Virus record (IMG/VR): IMGVR_UViG_3300022074_000117
Span: 1 to 40,339 of that record
Strand: one strand, 5' to 3'
Origin: a virus
Taxonomy: Duplodnaviria; Caudoviricetes
Length of the DNA: 40,339 nt
The notes under the pieces were generated by a model. That model saw only the letters and a list, made by a program, of their open reading frames with translations, was not told the origin of the DNA and did no database searches. How positions within the stretch are numbered: the stretch's first letter is position 1; the number at the start of each line of letters is the position of its first letter. Positions 38,558 through 40,339 of this stretch are shown here, piece by piece. A program made the translations under genes and the position numbers.

Positions 38558-38692
38558 CTATTTACCTTGTCCACGATATGCTTTTTTTGCTTTATTGCGA
38601 GAAGTCGCGGCATAGAGTGTATGTTGCGAGCTTCCTTGACGAGTTTTTTTCGGTTTTCCAACAACAAATCCACCACCTTTCAAAATTGCCAT
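38558..38692 (-). CDS. 44-aa highly basic small protein (missed by the ORF track)
   Basis: MAILKGGGFVVGKPKKTRQGSSQHTLYAATSRNKAKKAYRGQGK*; SD GAGGT 8 nt upstream of the ATG; fills the gap between two real genes. Confidence 0.8.
   Translation of the reverse strand: MAILKGGGFVVGKPKKTRQGSSQHTLYAATSRNKAKKAYRGQGK
38559..38564 (-). promoter_or_regulatory. Late promoter box TAAATA
   Basis: GGT AAA TAG at the end of the 44-aa ORF contains TAAATA. Confidence 0.6.
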
Positions 38693-38703
38693 AATAGTTT
38701 ACC

Positions 38704-39474
38704 TCAAATAACACGAGTTTTTTCATGACCAACTCTGATACGAGGGTCGCACCAGATCTCAAATCCCTCTTCCTTTGCATCAAGACAGAATGAGACGTCC
38801 TCACCACACATGTCCTGTACATTTCCACTCTCAAAGACTTGCATCTTAGGAGCAAACCAAGGGTATTCAAGATTCTCAAAAACACCCTTCTTAATTAACA
38901 CCCAACCAAATCCTGAATAATCAACAGTAAAAGGTTTCCGACGTTTCTGAATGGATTCGACAGTTTCGTGATTCATCACTCCACCATTCTTACGAAAATC
39001 ATCCTCCTCTAACCAATGTGCTACAGAAGTTGTTTGTCCATCCTCAGTGGCATACCATCCGGCAACAATCTCACGCTCTTCACCTTCTTCGGTGATTGCC
39101 ATGTCACATAACTGCCAGAACTTCTCTGTGTTGAATACAATGTCACTATCAATCCATAACTGATAGTCATACTGTAACTTACCATCCCAAGGAATCTGCT
39201 TAGGTCCTCGAAGTACATTTGCTCCAAGACACTTACAGCGGGCAAAGTTTACCATGGAAGAATAATCTTGACTGATCTGAATACTCATTCCATTCTGTAC
39301 CATATCAAAGCACAGTTGTACAAAGTTCTTCAGAAATACAAAAGAACATCCTCGACCTGGTAAACAAAATACAATTGTCTTACCACGCATTCTTTGCTTA
39401 ATATCATCAATATCCCACTCTGCTTCTGGTTTCTTTGCAGGTGGTTTTGCTTTTACAGTAAATCCTTTAGCCAT
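38704..39474 (-). CDS. GT-A fold (GT2-like) glycosyltransferase
   Basis: VFCLPG, VNFARCK, YQLWIDSDIVF (DxD), GFGWVLIKKGVFE, GEDVSFC, IWCDPRIRVGH. Confidence 0.75.
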   Translation of the reverse strand: MAKGFTVKAKPPAKKPEAEWDIDDIKQRMRGKTIVFCLPGRGCSFVFLKNFVQLCFDMVQNGMSIQISQDYSSMVNFARCKCLGANVLRGPKQIPWDGKLQYDYQLWIDSDIVFNTEKFWQLCDMAITEEGEEREIVAGWYATEDGQTTSVAHWLEEDDFRKNGGVMNHETVESIQKRRKPFTVDYSGFGWVLIKKGVFENLEYPWFAPKMQVFESGNVQDMCGEDVSFCLDAKEEGFEIWCDPRIRVGHEKTRVI

Positions 39475-39497
39475 GTTGATTAATTTACTTCAGTTCA

Positions 39498-39526
39498 ATT
39501 CTATCTCAATATGTATCACTTGTCAA
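39498..39526 (-). promoter_or_regulatory. Host sigma70-type promoter for the glycosyltransferase
   Basis: TTGACA (39526-39521), 17-nt spacer, TAGAAT (39503-39498), then 23 nt to the ATG. Confidence 0.85.
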
Positions 39527-39717
39527 TATGATGCATCACCAAATTTATGTACGGTTAACTCCTCATAAGACAAATCCCCCAACTCATAATCGGTCTTCAT
39601 TAAACCGACCATACCGTTGAGGGTGCTCCAAGTAATACTAAATTCTTCTTCCTTTACACTCGCAAATATACACTCATCTCTCAAATAAATGTGAAATGTT
39701 TTTTCCTTTGGGGTCAT
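39523..39717 (-). CDS. Small hypothetical protein
   Basis: 64 aa; SD GAGGT 5 nt before the ATG; a TATAAT at 39764-39769 lies upstream. Confidence 0.75.
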   Translation of the reverse strand: MTPKEKTFHIYLRDECIFASVKEEEFSITWSTLNGMVGLMKTDYELGDLSYEELTVHKFGDASY

Positions 39718-39882
39718 TTTTTACCTCGGGAATTTTTTTCTAGAAAATGGATTTGTAATCCGCATTATATATCACTCGCGGTTTGTCACCTCTGTAGGTT
39801 ACAGGGACCCATCAATTTTATATCACGCCCGCCAACAACGAACGCCGCAATCGCGCATAACACTGTTAAATAGGACTGCTGA

Positions 39883-39915
39883 ATAACGGAGCAGTATCAA
39901 TAACTGCTCCGTTAT
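39883..39915 (-). terminator. 13-bp perfect inverted repeat, probable terminator or RNA hairpin
   Basis: ataacggagcagt-atcaata-actgctccgttat, 13 nt downstream of the stop at 39929; U-tract is weak. Confidence 0.6.
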
Positions 39916-39928
39916 AAGTAAAGAGAAA

Positions 39929-40156
39929 TCAGACCGCGAATTGACCAGCGAGGCGACGCAGGTCAGCAATAGCGGCGGGATTCACATAATCCTGACCCGA
40001 GAGGTGCCCGTTAAGGGATTGGATATTGCCGGAGACCACTGCAGCGAGAACGCGGGGGCGCATGTCGTTACCCCAGCGGTTGCAACTGACTGAGAGATCG
40101 ACGATACGCTTAGCGATTTCGAAGGGGGTGGCGATGAGACGGTTCTGAAAGGTCAT
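39929..40156 (-). CDS. Small higher-GC hypothetical protein, likely early gene (start revised to MTFQNRL, 75 aa)
   Basis: ATG at 40156 preceded by a purine/C-rich leader and a TAGACT -10-like box. Composition is visibly more GC-rich than the structural block. Confidence 0.6.
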   Translation of the reverse strand: MTFQNRLIATPFEIAKRIVDLSVSCNRWGNDMRPRVLAAVVSGNIQSLNGHLSGQDYVNPAAIADLRRLAGQFAV

Positions 40157-40339
40157 GGGGTTGTCTGTCCTGTACTCCCACAGTCTACAGCAGCTGCACC
40201 CAAAAACCACGTCTGAAACCTGAAGAAATCCTTAAGGGTTTTGACGTCCCCGTCCGGAGGTCCATGACCGTATTCTCTTTAGTTTATCGCGCACTATTAC
40301 CAACTGACAGGTTTGCTCAGATCCTCTACGTAACTGTCA

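Noticed and set aside
37816-38885. Alternative-frame ORFs 37816..38010, 38002..38238, 38164..38457 and 38592..38885
   Set aside because: They are nested in or overlap better-supported genes. The 38558..38692 ORF explains the gap.
40157-40210. Cys-rich N-terminal extension of the 93-aa ORF
   Set aside because: It overlaps the putative promoter and leader. The ATG at 40156 is more plausible.
40297-40339. Possible 3' end of an upstream ORF (...DSYVEDLSKPVSW then TAA TAG)
   Set aside because: Only 13 codons are visible, too little to support a call.
1-40339. CRISPR arrays, tRNA or rRNA genes, transposases, stop-codon recoding
   Set aside because: No regularly spaced repeat-spacer array, cloverleaf or transposase motif was seen. 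Standard-code ORFs tile the window, and TAA, TGA and TAG all serve as stops.

Overview
This window is the AT-rich virion-morphogenesis region of a large T4-like (Kyanoviridae-type) marine cyanomyovirus, with all credible genes on the minus strand. Read in transcription order from the right end, it begins with the edge of a higher-GC small-ORF region. Next come a GT-A-fold glycosyltransferase under a near-consensus sigma70 promoter, a small basic protein missed by the ORF track, and a hypothetical protein. The structural block follows: baseplate gp25, gp6, a 4069-aa gp7 and gp8, a 2548-aa VrlC/DUF4815-like protein, two small ORFs (one NblA-like), neck gp13 and gp14, gp15, and the small terminase gp16. 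The large terminase does not follow gp16. Instead there is an accessory fibre island of more than 9.5 kb that runs off the left edge. Most genes are preceded by a TAAATA late-promoter box, usually fused to or abutting the upstream stop codon. The main leads are: (1) two cupredoxin-like domains with a complete His/Cys/His/Met blue-copper ligand pattern in a fibre protein; (2) an alternation of proteins ending in DGGxF-like tails with proteins starting in an Mtd_N-like domain, suggesting plug-and-socket fibre assembly; (3) hairpins abutting late promoters; (4) an NblA-like gene embedded in the late structural operon. All family assignments come from recognising motifs and gene order by eye; no database searches were run.
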